A stretch of DNA of 63,559 bases, counting the filler, from Octopus bimaculoides (taxonomy: Eukaryota), in NCBI RefSeq assembly GCF_001194135.2. It is 6 parts of 5 records of this genome, joined end to end, with 100 filler letters (N's around TTAATTAATTAA, not from the genome) between each part and the next. Parts side by side here need not be neighbours in the genome. Positions count along the whole stretch, not along the records: positions 20,145 to 44,772 come from NC_068989.1; positions 44,873 to 49,088 come from NC_068989.1; 4 more parts are not named here. One strand, given 5' to 3'. Position numbers and translations under genes: made by a program. This document shows, piece after piece, positions 33,671-45,470 of this stretch; positions within the stretch are counted from its first letter, which is position 1; every line of letters begins with the position of its first letter. A model generated the notes under the pieces. It saw only the letters and a program-made list of their open reading frames with translations. It was not told the DNA's origin and did not search any database.

Positions 33671-34195
33671 GTGTTATAATAATAATGTACACACTTGTAC
33701 TTGCATAGCGATATTGCTGTTTGCGTTGTTAACACTTTAACATTGGAAGTACAGTTGTTGATTTACCGGTTATACTATTTTACAAGACCACTGATCAAAA
33801 TGGGTTTTATTCCTTGGTGGTTTTAAAAATCAATTACACTTGTTTACCGTTTATCGATCTCGGAAATGGACAGCAGGAAAAATAACAGAGAAAAAGCGAA
33901 TATGATAATATCATTATCATTAAAATAAATGAATGACTAAAAACTAATTGTCTTAATAAATTTAATAGAGTAACACTCAATACTGTTATTCAACGGAAAT
34001 CTGACACTAAGCATGTTTAAATCTGTTGTTATGCAAGTAAGCACCTTATGAAAAGGAAATAATTTAAGCAGTTACTATGCAAGCCATTAACTAATAATCC
34101 TGATCGTTTCTTCATTAATGTCTGTGTCACTGAAACATGTCCATCAACGTCCATGCTATTCACGCAACAAATAGTATTTAGGCTTACATAAAGTA

Positions 34196-34460
34196 TTGTT
34201 GACTGGCACTCCGTCGGTTATAGCGACGAGGGTTCCAGTTAATCCGATCAACGGAACAGCAAATTAACGTGCAAGAGGCTGAGAACTCCACAGACAGGCG
34301 TAACCCTTAACGTCAGGATGATTCAGCGTGACACACAGTGTGACAAGGCTGGCCTTTTGAAACACAGGTACTATTTATTTTTGACTGCTGTGTGGAGTGG
34401 ATCAACTTGGAATAAAGTGTCTTGCTCAAGGACACAACACGCCGCAGGAAGTGGAAACTC
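34196..34460 (-). mobile_element. SINE related to the 7016-7379 element
   Basis: Reverse complement of the GGAACCCTCG...GACGGAGTGCCA tail and the CAGCCTTGTCAC body. Confidence 0.8.
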
Positions 34461-34789
34461 AGAATCGTTACTGCGCCGGACAAGATGCTTAGGGGCAAGT
34501 CTTCTGTCTGCACGTTCTGAGTTAAAATGCCGCAGAGGTAGACCTTTCCTTTCATCTATTCGGGGTCATTAGAATAGATTCAAGCGGAGCACTGGGAACA
34601 ATCTAATCGACTTATCTCTCTCCTGAAAATTACTACCTTGTGCCAAAATGTGAAACCATTATTTTAGGTAAAAGTCAAAGAGTTGAGCATTTAACCAATT
34701 ATCAACGGCATGCCTTCGCTACTTCACGTCTATGTCATCAACGGCATGTCATCACGTCATCAACAGCATGCCCTCACTACTTCACATCT

Positions 34790-36110
34790 AGGTAGAAGAA
34801 GTCAAAAATTATCCGCACTTTCAGCAAAACCTTCTTAAGGTTGGCTGCACTACTTTCAATGCTCACGTGCTAAAAAGGTTGTACTCTTGTGGTTATGCAA
34901 CCGAGGTTTGACCCTCAGCGCCCCAGTTTTCTTTCCTGTGTTACGTAGTAAACTTGGCCGCCCTGCTGGCAGTGTGCACTGAAAAAGAACAGAGATCAGT
35001 GATCTCTTTCATCTGGTCTGAAGGCGTGTCAGGAGCTAAAATTTATCGCAGACTTTCAGTACAATACAGGAACAGAATTCTACTACATGTATGCATGAGT
35101 GAACCGAGAAGTTTAAAAATGAAATGGCTGGACAAGCGAGAAGCACGAAAAGGAATCAAGATGCCCATCAATCTCCACCACTGAGGTGAAGATTCAACAA
35201 TCTCGAGAGATGGTTCTGGCGAACTGATGAGTGACCATCAATGATGTGACATGTTCTCTGCAAATTAGTCATGGTTTTTCATACGAAATCATCGACGAGA
35301 AGCTTCGCTTCCGTAAAATCTGTGCGAGATAAGTGTCAAGAGAGCTTACCAAAGTGCATATGCACAATCGAGCGGAGATCCGTCAGCGCTTATTCAATCA
35401 TTACAACGATGAAAGCGAAGCATTTTCTGGTGGGTAGTGGAGAGCAAAACCACGGAAGATGAAACCTGGGTCCATTACTTTGAGCCAGAATCCAAAAGGC
35501 AGAGTATGAAGTGGAAACACTCGGAATCGCTAGTGAAAAAGCAGTTCAATACTCAACCTTCCACAGGAAAGTGCTTCTAACCGTTCTGGGGACGCAAAAG
35601 GGAATTTACTGGAACATTACCTAGAAAAGGGACCTACAGTCACCAGTGTAGGCTGCAGTGAAATGCTGGCCAATAAACTGAGATCATCAATTCGCACCAA
35701 ACACCAGGGTTTACTATCAAAGAAAGTGTTATTGCTTGCGCTACAACGCATCCTCACATACAGCCGCCCACACCGTTGGGACTATGGAAAAATTGGGCTT
35801 CGAGTTGCTGGAACATTATGCATACAGTTCAGATCTCGCCTCTTCTGAATGTCACCTCTTTGGACCGTTCAAACATTTTTTACGAGGTCACCGATCTGCT
35901 ACGGACGAAGAAACGCAGAAAGTGGTGCATAAGTGGCTGAGCGAATAGCTGAAAACCTTCTTTTCCAATGGAATAAGCAAGCCTGTTGACCGCTGGAAAA
36001 ATTGCATTGAGAAGCAAGGACACTATCTCGAAAATGATGTAACGGGTCTATCCCTGCTTTTGTCTTGATAAATTGCAGAGACAAGAGTGCATAAAATGTT
36101 TTACTTAATC
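34790..36110 (+). mobile_element. Decayed full-length mariner transposon (irritans-like), about 1.3 kb
   Basis: Frameshifted blocks EQRSVISFIWSEG, EDETWVHYFEPESKRQSMKWKH, YSSDLASSECHLFGPFKHFLRG; partial TIRs GTCAAAAATTATCCGCACT (34801) and AGTGCATAAAATGTTTTAC (36087). Confidence 0.9.
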
Positions 36111-36225
36111 ATGTAAGTTTGTCTGTTCTTGTACAATATTGTAGATCTCAGTGATCCACTTGTCATACTTTGACACCTCAGTGAAGTCTATGCTTCACTG
36201 AGCGGGTCTAATAACACTGAAATAT

Positions 36226-36910
36226 TAAGTTGCCAGCTAAGTTACCACCTTTTTTTTTAAATTTAAATTTTTTTTAATGTTTAATAAGAAAAATAACAAC
36301 TAATTAATCAATAATGTATTCACCCTTGTTGTTTACAACTTCTTCCCAACGTTCAACGATTTTCAATACCTCGTTGGTAAAACTCACCCGATTTCGACTC
36401 GAAAAATTGATCCAACCAAGCTCTCAATTCTACATCAGTATTGAAAGAGATCGAAAGAGATGGAAATCCGTTGGTGCCAAATCAGGAGAGTACTGCGGGT
36501 GTGACAGCACTTCCAAGCCATGCGTTTGAATAGTTTCCTTGGTCATATTGGCGATATGAAGGCAGGCGTTGTCGTGCAGTAGAACTCCATGATGCCGATT
36601 AGGCCTTTTCTCTTGAATAGCCGTGTTGAGTCGTTCCATCTGTTGAACAGAGAGTTCCGCGTTGACCGTTTGGCTCCGTTCAAGCAATTCGTAATGGATA
36701 ATCCTTTCCTAGTCCCACCATACGCACAACATCACTTTACGTGGATAAAGATCTTGTTTCACGCGCGGTGTCATTTGTTTATCGGGGCTAAGCCATTCCT
36801 TACGCTGTTTCATATTGATATACAGGCACCATTTTTCGTCGCCAATAACGATTCGGTAAAGAAGTCGTTGCTTGTGTCCATGAGTTGAGCGGTGACGAGC
36901 AAGCAAACCA
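36226..36910 (-). mobile_element. 5'-truncated mariner transposon (mellifera/cecropia-like), catalytic half
   Basis: RIVIGDEKWCLY, KVMLCVWWD, LHDNA, HPQYSPDLAPTDFHLFRSL, VERWEEVVNNKGEYIID; TIR-like TATTAAGTTGCCAGCTAAGT at 36226. Confidence 0.92.
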
Positions 36911-37032
36911 GCGGAGATTGTGGCTCGTTGATTTTTGTTGTTGTCACTTAAAGATCTTGTTTCACGCGCGGTGTCATTTGTTTATCAGGGCTAAGCCATT
37001 CCTTACGCTGCTTCATATTGATATACAGGCAC
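36746..37032. repeat. 84-bp direct duplication of mariner sequence
   Basis: TAAAGATCTTGTTTCACGCGCGGTGTCATTTG...GATATACAGGCAC at about 36746-36829 and 36949-37032, 2 mismatches. Confidence 0.92.
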
Positions 37033-37228
37033 TATTTTAGCTGTTATTACTAGAAGGCCAGGTGATAGTGCAGAGGTTGGTTTGTGAGATAATGGAGATG
37101 TGCTTTCGATTGCTATCTCTTTTACGTTAAGAACGATCTCTCTCACAGAGAGAGTAGGTCATTCTTCTCCCGCTCTGCGTTGTAGTAGAATTGACAAGAG
37201 AGCGTTATAGCTAGTATAAGTAAACTTA

Positions 37229-37556
37229 GGGCGGCGAGCTGGCAGAATCGTTAGCACGCCAGGCAAAATGCTTAGCGACATTTCGTCCGACTTGATGTTT
37301 GAGTTCAAATTCTGCTGCAGTTGACTTTGCCTTTCATACTTTCGAAGTCGATAAAATAAGTGCCAGTTGAACACTGTGGTCGATGTAATCGACTTACCCT
37401 CTCACCCGAGGTTGCTGGCTTTGCGCCAAAATTTGAAATCAATATTACACAAACTTACAGAGACAAGCTGGTAGAATTGTTAGTATACCAGGTAAAATGC
37501 TTAGCGGAATTTCGTCCGTCATTACGTTCTGAGTTCAAATTCCGCCGTGGTCCACT
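37229..37556 (+). mobile_element. SINE family B: one near full copy plus a second tandem head
   Basis: GGCGAGCTGGCAGAATCGTTAGCAC (A-box-like), GAGTTCAAATTC (B-box) at 37229-37440 and again at 37466-37556. Confidence 0.9.
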
Positions 37557-37559
37557 TTT

Positions 37560-38200
37560 CAGTGAAGTATAACACCTATAAAACTTCTGACACCCAGAAA
37601 TGCAGACTCTGTGGAAAGAGGGTGGAAAATGTGACCCACTTGGTAAGTGGATATGAGAGCCTTGCGCAAGAATACAATCGCCTCCACTATAAAGTGTGTG
37701 TGTATCTTCATTGGCTCTTATGCCGCAAATACCAATATGAAGTAACTGAGAACTGGTATGAGCATGTACCAAGTAAAGTTATGCAGGAGGATGGAAAAAT
37801 AACGATACTCTGGGACTATGATTTTCAGACGGATCGTGTAATCGTACACCGTCGGCAGGATGTTGTCATATTGAATAAGAGAGACAAATACTGTCAGACC
37901 ATTGATGTAGCCATACCAAATGACATGAGGTTGGAAAAATCATCAAGTACACCGAACTGAAAGTGGAAATGGCAAGGCTGTATGGAATGCGAGAAGCTAA
38001 TGTAAAAGTTATACCAGTGGTGATCGGAGCGTTGGGCTCAATCCCATCGAAACTTCAAGACTTCTTAAGGCAACTGGAAATCCCATGCAAGATTGATGTC
38101 TTGCAAAAAGCAGTCTTATTGGGCACAGCGCAAATCTTAAGGAAAGTATTATCTGTCTGAGGTCCTTGGCAGATGACTAAAGACTTGTGTGTTGTATCAA
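37560..38200 (+). pseudogene. R4/Dong-type RLE retrotransposon 3' part (CCHC knuckle + restriction-like endonuclease), one frameshift
   Basis: KCRLCGKRVENVTHLVSG, ILWDYDFQTDRVIVHRRQDVV, IDVAIP, then shifted KYTELK, VIPVVIGALGS, LQKAVLLGTAQILRKVL*. Confidence 0.92.
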
Positions 38201-38999
38201 CACACAACTACCAATATGACTTAAAAAGATTGGTACAAATGTAAAGACATAATGCCTACAAAATTCATCATTACTTAGAACTGGAAGAGTTCTTCGCGGG
38301 GTTCTTGAAGCATGATCAGTAAATAAGTGTCATTTTAGTCTACTGGCTGTGGACAGCTGACACTTTCCATCATACCCAACAAAATAAGCTGAGAGTTTTC
38401 ATGAAATAATTACAACACCTGCTGTTGAAATGTTGTGCATATGAATGCACTAAGAAAGTGAACGTTGTAATTCATATTGTCATGAAATGAAGCTATTTTC
38501 AGGCTTACATGCGTCGTGTGAACATGAAATGTCACTATGATAAAAGAAACGATATCAGTGTTCGTAGTCAGTGATGTGGAAATATCTTGTTCAACTCAAA
38601 CATATATTGTATTAAGGTCAGATGAGAAACATGAGTAGACAGCGGCGAACTCCACCGATCGCTTGCTCAAACTGTAATCTGTTTGAAGAAAGAAAAACAG
38701 TGAAAACAGCTTTGAGTTTCGCTTATGTAACAAATATATGTTTGAGAGTTACTGCTCTGTCCTTGATCCAATAAACCGGTGAACACAGTGAGTGATAAGG
38801 CTTATTACAGGTGAAGTAATAACTCTTGTGTATATCGAGCTGAAACAATATGGAGTCTTGTACAACACTTTGAAAGATATTGTATAGAGTCCCCGACGGA
38901 GTTTGTTTTTTAACTGCGTGGCAGCGAATAAAGATATGCAGCTATTTGGAGAAATCTTGTGGAACTTGTACAAGGGCCTACTGTTGATTGGTGTTGTAT

Positions 39000-39700
39000 A
39001 AGCCAGTGGTCCATATTGTTGTTGAACAGGGTTCTGTGGGTCTGGTATTGAGCGATAATTTATACTGGTAACTCGATGTTGTCAATAAACAGGACTGTCG
39101 AGGTGCAACTGAGCTAATCTTCCACCGTAAAGCATGTATCTAATAGTGCAATAAAGTACTCGTATCATCTACTAGTGTCTCCTTGGTTTTAGCAAACAAT
39201 GAAAACGTTCCACCACGCCGTTAGCTGCAGGATGATAGCAGGAGTAGAGATTCGGCGCAGCCAGTCCATTGCAAATAAGCTGAATTCGAACTGTTGTTTT
39301 CTGCCAGCTTTGTTAGTGGCTAGTGTATCGCGTCTGGAAATTCAGTGTTACATAAAACTTTAAGCATCCTTCTCAGCTGTGATATCGGCTAGTGGAAGAG
39401 CCTCGAACCATTTATGACATCAATCTATACAAGTGAGCAGATAACTCTGTCCATGTGAAAAAAGACATGGTCCTTCTAGATCGATATGTAGTTGCTCAAA
39501 CTTTGCATCAAGTAACGGAAAAGTGTCCTAAGGTAACTTCAAATTGCATTCCGACATTCCGACATGCAATGTAGTATTTGGCCTACTCTTGAGTGCCTTT
39601 GTAGATACCAGTTCAAACGAAGCATCTTGATATTATTTTCTGAGTAGATCTCGAAACCGGTTCAACACCACCAGCTGGTCATTGGGTGTTTTTAGCGGTG
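39000..39700 (-). pseudogene. Gypsy/Ty3 LTR-retrotransposon integrase remnant
   Basis: Minus strand FPLLDAKFEQLHIDLEGP, GQSYLLTCID*CHKWFEALPLADITAE, YHPAANGVVERFH, with stops and frameshifts. Confidence 0.88.
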
Positions 39701-39866
39701 TTCACTGTGTTGCAAGCATTCAGGTCGGGTTACCGCTTTGTCAGTAACTTCTTTCATTCTTTTTTTGTACCAGTTGTAGACTGAAAAAATAAAGCCTCAT
39801 AGGCCATACTCTTTTCTTCTGACAAATCGTTCATATATGTGTGCGCGTATGTACATACATACAAAC

Positions 39867-39909
<43 letters not shown>

Positions 39910-40829
39910 TATATTTATATATATATGTATATATATATATATACATATATATATATNNNNNNNNNNNNNNNNNNNNNNNNNNNNNNNNNNNNNNNNNNNN
40001 NNNNNNNNNNNNNNNNNNNNNNNNNNNNNNNNNNNNNNNNNNNNNNNNNNNNNNNNNNNNNNNNNNNNNNNNNNNNNNNNNNNNNNNNNNNNNNNNNNNN
40101 NNNNNNNNNNNNNNNNNNNNNNNNNNNNNNNNNNNNNNNNNNNNNNNNNNNNNNNNNNNNNNNNNNNNNNNNNNNNNNNNNNNNNNNNNNNNNNNNNNNN
40201 NNNNNNNNNNNNNNNNNNNNNNNNNNNNNNNNNNNNNNNNNNNNNNNNNNNNNNNNNNNNNNNNNNNNNNNNNNNNNNNNNNNNNNNNNNNNNNNNNNNN
40301 NNNNNNNNNNNNNNNNNNNNNNNNNNNNNNNNNNNNNNNNNNNNNNNNNNNNNNNNNNNNNNNNNNNNNNNNNNNNNNATATATATATATATATACACAT
40401 ATATATATATATATATATACATATAAATACTAGCAAATCTACCCATCTACGATGGAGGCATAAAATGAGGGAGAGAAGTCATAACAGGAGTATGTATTGA
40501 GAAATGTGTAAACGGACTTGATAGATTACTGGGTGATGTCTTAGAGAAATCACATTATTGTTGGTGATACACCATTCTATTGCAGCTATATAACATATGT
40601 TTGCGACTAAGTGACATGCGATGACGATTCACTCCCGAACTGAAATAGGCTCCCAGTCTCTGTATCATGGAAGGTTGTGTGGACCACTCCTAACGAAAGT
40701 CAGATTTTCGTTCGACCACTACATAAAAAGTATTAAGAAAAAATGTTATTTGTGGAGACACATGGCCTAGTGGTAAGAGCAGTGAACACTACTGAAAATA
40801 CAACTGTCTCATGTGATTCAAACGAGGCT

Positions 40830-41215
40830 GGACTGACCTACCGAAACAGAAGCATGGAGGAGAAGCAAACATCAAGCAAAAAGTAATGCAAGGATACATA
40901 TCCATTTCGTAAACTAGAGGACAGCAACAGCATTGACAGGAAGAATAGCCTCTCCTGGACCTGCGATAGATACATTACATCCCACTTAGAAGGATATGCC
41001 TTCGCTGTCCAGGAACAGGAGATAGCTACCAAATACCTGATAAACAAGAGGGACAAAGAATCCACGGAACCTCCATGCTGTGATAATAAATGTTGGTTTT
41101 GCTATACCAGTGTGGAAGATATCATCCACATTATCAGAAGCTGCCCTAAAATGACTACGGATACTACTTACCCCTGAAGCATATCAGATATGCTATCCGC
41201 GGGAAGGATTGCCTT
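40830..41215 (+). pseudogene. R4/Dong-type RLE retrotransposon fragment (pre-knuckle + CCHC)
   Basis: HLEGYAFAVQEQEIATKYL...KCWFCYTSVEDIIHIIRSCPKM (C-x2-C-x8-H-x4-C). Confidence 0.82.
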
Positions 41216-41939
41216 GACGTATACATCAAAGGGGGTGTCAAATCCAGCAGATACTCACACCTTAAAAATAAGGTAACCTATTTCTAAAGAGTTGAGTATT
41301 TTCTACAAGAGTTATAAAAACTTTTACAGGATATTAAAGAAATATATATATTTTTTTTTTAGGAAAGATATTTTTGTAGTTATAAAGAGCAAGAACAAAA
41401 CCAATATGCTACTAGAGAAATGAAAGTAGAAAAGGCATAATTTCGACTAATAAAATGCTTTTTATATAATACTATATTAGGAGTGACGTTGGACTTCATT
41501 TCTCAAGCATAGTCTGATATCCACAGATTAAATTAGATGTTCGTTAATCTTTTGGAGGTAGGGGGAACTTCGTGGTGTACAGGATACCAATTCCTCACCA
41601 TCCTCCGGGGCAACGCCTTTTCCATTTTGTCAGCTGGGATCATGAGACGGTCTGAATTATAGGCATACAGTGTAGGAATAAATGAGAAATGCGATTGCAA
41701 GGAAGAATTTTCTACATTAAAGTCATTATCTTCTAACCAAAAAAAATGTTGATATTAAACTAAATTTTTAACAAGAAGAGGAAACAGACTAAAATGGATG
41801 ACAATGAGATTTAAAAATTGGATAAGAGACAAACAGTTGAATAGCAGTTGAATACAAACAGTTGAATAAGGGTGGTATGGACTTGAAGTCAAGAAAAAGA
41901 TAGAGTGGGATTTATATATAAAAAAACATTATCTTTTAC

Positions 41940-42134
41940 GCTTTTGGTCATTGGACTGCGGCCATGCTGGAGCACTGCCTTGACAAGTTTAATCGACCAG
42001 ATCTACACCAGTACCAATCTTTAAATCAAGTACCTATTCTCATCGGTCTCCTTTGCCGAACAGTTATGTTACGAAGATGTAAACAAATCAACACCGGTTG
42101 TCAAGTAGGATAAGCACAAAACGAAGACACACCT

Positions 42135-42178
<44 letters not shown>

Positions 42179-42480
42179 ACACACACACACATACAAACAT
42201 ATATGACAAGCTTCCACACAGTTTCCGTCTGCCAAATTCACTCACAAGGCATTTGTCTGCCCAAACATATAGTAGAAAATACATGCCCAAAGTAAAACTT
42301 GGCAACTAGTGTTGATTTGCTTACATCTTTATAACATAGCGGTTCAGCAAAGACGACCAATAGAATAAGTACCTGACTTAAAAATAAGTTCTAATATCGA
42401 TTTGTTCGACTAAACCCTTCAAGGTGGTGCTCCAGCTTGGCAGCAGTCCAAATGACTAAAGCAAATAAAAGATGAAAGAT
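41940..42480. mobile_element. SINE family A copy (minus, 41940-42290, internal (CA)n) followed by an opposite-orientation fragment (42340-42480)
   Basis: GGACTGCGGCCATGCTGGAGCAC at 41952 and its complement GGTGCTCCAGCTTGGCAGCAGTCC at 42426. Confidence 0.82.
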
Positions 42481-43231
42481 AAGTATGGTTATTATTAAAA
42501 CAAAGAAAGCACATCGTAACGACATTGTTTGAATGTGAAGATACACTGGAGAAAGGAATGAATGAAAAACAATTAATTATGACGATTACCATTTATTTAA
42601 TATGAATAATGATGACGTTACAATATATAAAAAAAAAAGGACGCCATCGCGTCGTTGTTTGTTGCAGTAAATATATTCTATAGATCCATAGCTCATTCTC
42701 TGTGTGGGCTAGCTTCATCTCTGTGCTGCTAGAGAGAAGGAAAGGGTGAGATATGTATTGTCAAACAGTGAGTATAGAAAGCGTTGTCCCTCTCTTCATT
42801 CTGTACCGGGATGCTCATTGATCAGAGGCAGCGACCAAAAAGGCTGGAAGCTATTTGGCTCACGTATTTATATTGTTGCTCATTAAAGTCGGTCAAGCTA
42901 AAACAAAAGCGTTGTCCAGAATTGCCATTTCATGACTGGAAAAGGTCTCAGAGGTTAACTCATTCACATAAATCTCTATGTCCAGAGGGGAGAAAACGAA
43001 AGGTCGGAAATTTGCTTGATAATTAATAAAACTGTGAATTCGATTTCGATCGCTGAAACATTCTTTTTCTAAATGCCTGCGCCTATCCATATAGCTATAC
43101 CTGCACCATGTGAACATCAAAATAATGAACACTTTTATCAAGACGCTCAAACCTTCTCCGCCACATTGCGTCGCGACACATTGTTTGTGAACCACCAAGT
43201 TAGAGACTTCAATACCAAAAAGATGATAAAT

Positions 43232-43491
43232 AAATAAAAAATAAATGCGCCCTTTTAAAGCCTAGCCAGGCTCATGGGCCCGGTTTCCCGGTTTCAATGG
43301 CGTATGTGTTCCCCAGCTGGACGAGACGCCAGTCCATCGCAGCGTTACTAATTTTTGCCAGCTGAGTGGACTGGGGCAACGTGAAATGAAGTGTTTTGCT
43401 CTAGAACACAACGCGTCGCCCGGTCAAGGAATCGAAACCACAATCTTACGATCATGGTGCTGACACCCCAACCACTAGCCACGCGCCTCCA
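43232..43491 (-). mobile_element. Full-length tRNA-derived SINE with about 16-bp TSD
   Basis: Head GGAGGCGCGTGGCTAGTGGTT...GGTTTCGATTCC, central GCGATGGACTGGCGTCTCGTCCAG, AT-rich tail; CAAAAAG(G)ATGATAAAT at 43216-43231 and 43492-43508. Confidence 0.88.
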
Positions 43492-44816
43492 CAAAAAGGA
43501 TGATAAATGAATATTATCTTGTCTGAAAATGCCTCTCTGAATGCTACATAAGACAAACACTACTTCGATCTCAGATAAGAAAGCACTGCAAGCCAAACCG
43601 CAGACAAGCGTTTGTCCATTACCTATCCCACCCCATACACATCCATATTGACGTCAGTCTGGATGTGCCTTGCTTGTAGTGGTAATTCCTATGAATTTGT
43701 ATGTGTTCGATTATTTTTTTAAATGCTGCTTAAAGAACAAGCTGCATTTGATCATGCTAATTCATACGTTTTTGTTTGTGTTGTTTTTGTTTTTGTTTTT
43801 AATCACTGACACTTTTCTCGTTGACAAAGATAGCAAATATTTCCAGTGATGTACGACTGATTTCAAACAGTGAATTTCGTGTCAAGAATCAAGGGAATTT
43901 GATATTGCTTTTGCGTGAATGATCCAGCAAAGAGCAATGGAATAGCTATGCTTTAGCGATATCAACTGTTATATCGTAATAATAATGGAAATTTCTGAGG
44001 TAAGGGATTGTTTCGTTTTTGTTATTTTGTTTTTTACTTTTCCCCATAAAGTGTTTGACCTTATAGCACTTGAGATGCTGTATATAGGATGCGAAAAAAT
44101 GATCCACAAACAAGCGCGCGCGCACACACACACACACACATTTGTTCAGTGCACAGCATTATATACTCATTACGGCCTATCTTACCAAACGGTTTCACAC
44201 TAGGGGTTCAACGTATTGTTAGGTAAAAGTTCAATTATGTAACTCTGCGCTCTTCAGAGGTAGCCATTATGGAATGAAATATGGTGACTGGTCTCTATTG
44301 CTGGAGGTGAACAGACACATCCGGTTTGTGGCTGCTGTGAAAATGACGATGAGACGAATCGAGCAGGAGTTGATTTAAGTGGTATGTCCCTTGATATTAA
44401 AAACATCATCTCTGCCAGTCAGCGGATATCTTAGTCCATACAGTATCAAAGAATAATATAATTTATGTACACCTACGCTATAGAAATACAAATATCGCAA
44501 ATTTATCTATTACGCACGCACACACATAAACACACACATACACATATACACACATGCACACATACACATATACACACATGCACACACACCTCTCACATAC
44601 ATACATAACACACACGCACGCACGAAAACATACACAATATACACATACACGCACGCACAAAAAATATACACACACGCGCACACGGAAACACATACAGACA
44701 CACATAAACACACACACACCCGTACCTAACACTCACAATCCCACACACACACGCACATCCACACATATACACNNNNNNNNNNNNNNNNNNNNNNNNNNNN
44801 NNNNNNNNNNNNNNNN

Positions 44817-44828
44817 TTAATTAATTAA
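44817..44828. other. Artificial scaffold linker
   Basis: 44 N + TTAATTAATTAA + 44 N (44773-44872). Confidence 0.95.
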
Positions 44829-45263
44829 NNNNNNNNNNNNNNNNNNNNNNNNNNNNNNNNNNNNNNNNNNNNTATATATATAGATAGATAGATAGATACA
44901 TACATACATACATACATAATACATAATACATACATACATATATGCATACACATATACATACATACATACATACATGCATACATACATGCATACATACATA
45001 CATACATACATACAAACATGCACATGTGTGTGGGGGGCGTACACACTTTTTCTCCACTTTATTTTTGATGAATGGATTAATTATTTTTATGAGATTATCA
45101 ATTATTTTCAACTTCACATGATATAGATAAAAATAAGGCTATATATATACGAGTGTATTCATATCGTATGTATGTATGCAGATAAAAAGACATAGATGGA
45201 ACAATAGATAAGTATTTAACGGGGAGTGACTGGATGTCTGGGTGTACATTACTAAAAACTTTA

Positions 45264-45299
<36 letters not shown>

Positions 45300-45308
<9 letters not shown>

Positions 45309-45470
45309 GAGAATATACAAAAAATAACAACAGACGAGGACAGGTGGTGTAAATAACAAAAGTATATATTAGTATGACGCTCGGGAATACGGAAAGTCTT
45401 TGACGTTTCGAGCTACGCTCTTCAACAGAAAGAATACGGAGACAAGGAGAAAAAACACGGAGAAAAAAAA
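45300..45470 (-). mobile_element. Small interspersed repeat carrying a minimal hammerhead-like motif (Penelope-pLTR/retrozyme-like)
   Basis: Near-identical reverse complement of 51465-51626. Confidence 0.7.
45397..45433 (-). ncRNA. Candidate minimal type I hammerhead ribozyme, A6U core variant
   Basis: Minus strand TCTTT-CTGTTGA-A-GAGC-GTA-GCTC-GAA-ACGT-C-AAAGA. Confidence 0.5.

Noticed and set aside
35224-35230. CTGATGA as a hammerhead core
   Set aside because: Lies in mariner coding sequence with no stem II or GAAA partner
42893-43198. 101-aa minus-strand ORF
   Set aside because: No recognisable motif or splice context; length within chance expectation
44258-44381. Exon-like GC-richer patch with CAG acceptor and GTATGT donor (GSHYGMKYGDWSLLLEVNRHIRFVAAVKMTMRRIEQELI*)
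   Set aside because: All three frames contain a stop before the donor; cannot be supported without transcripts
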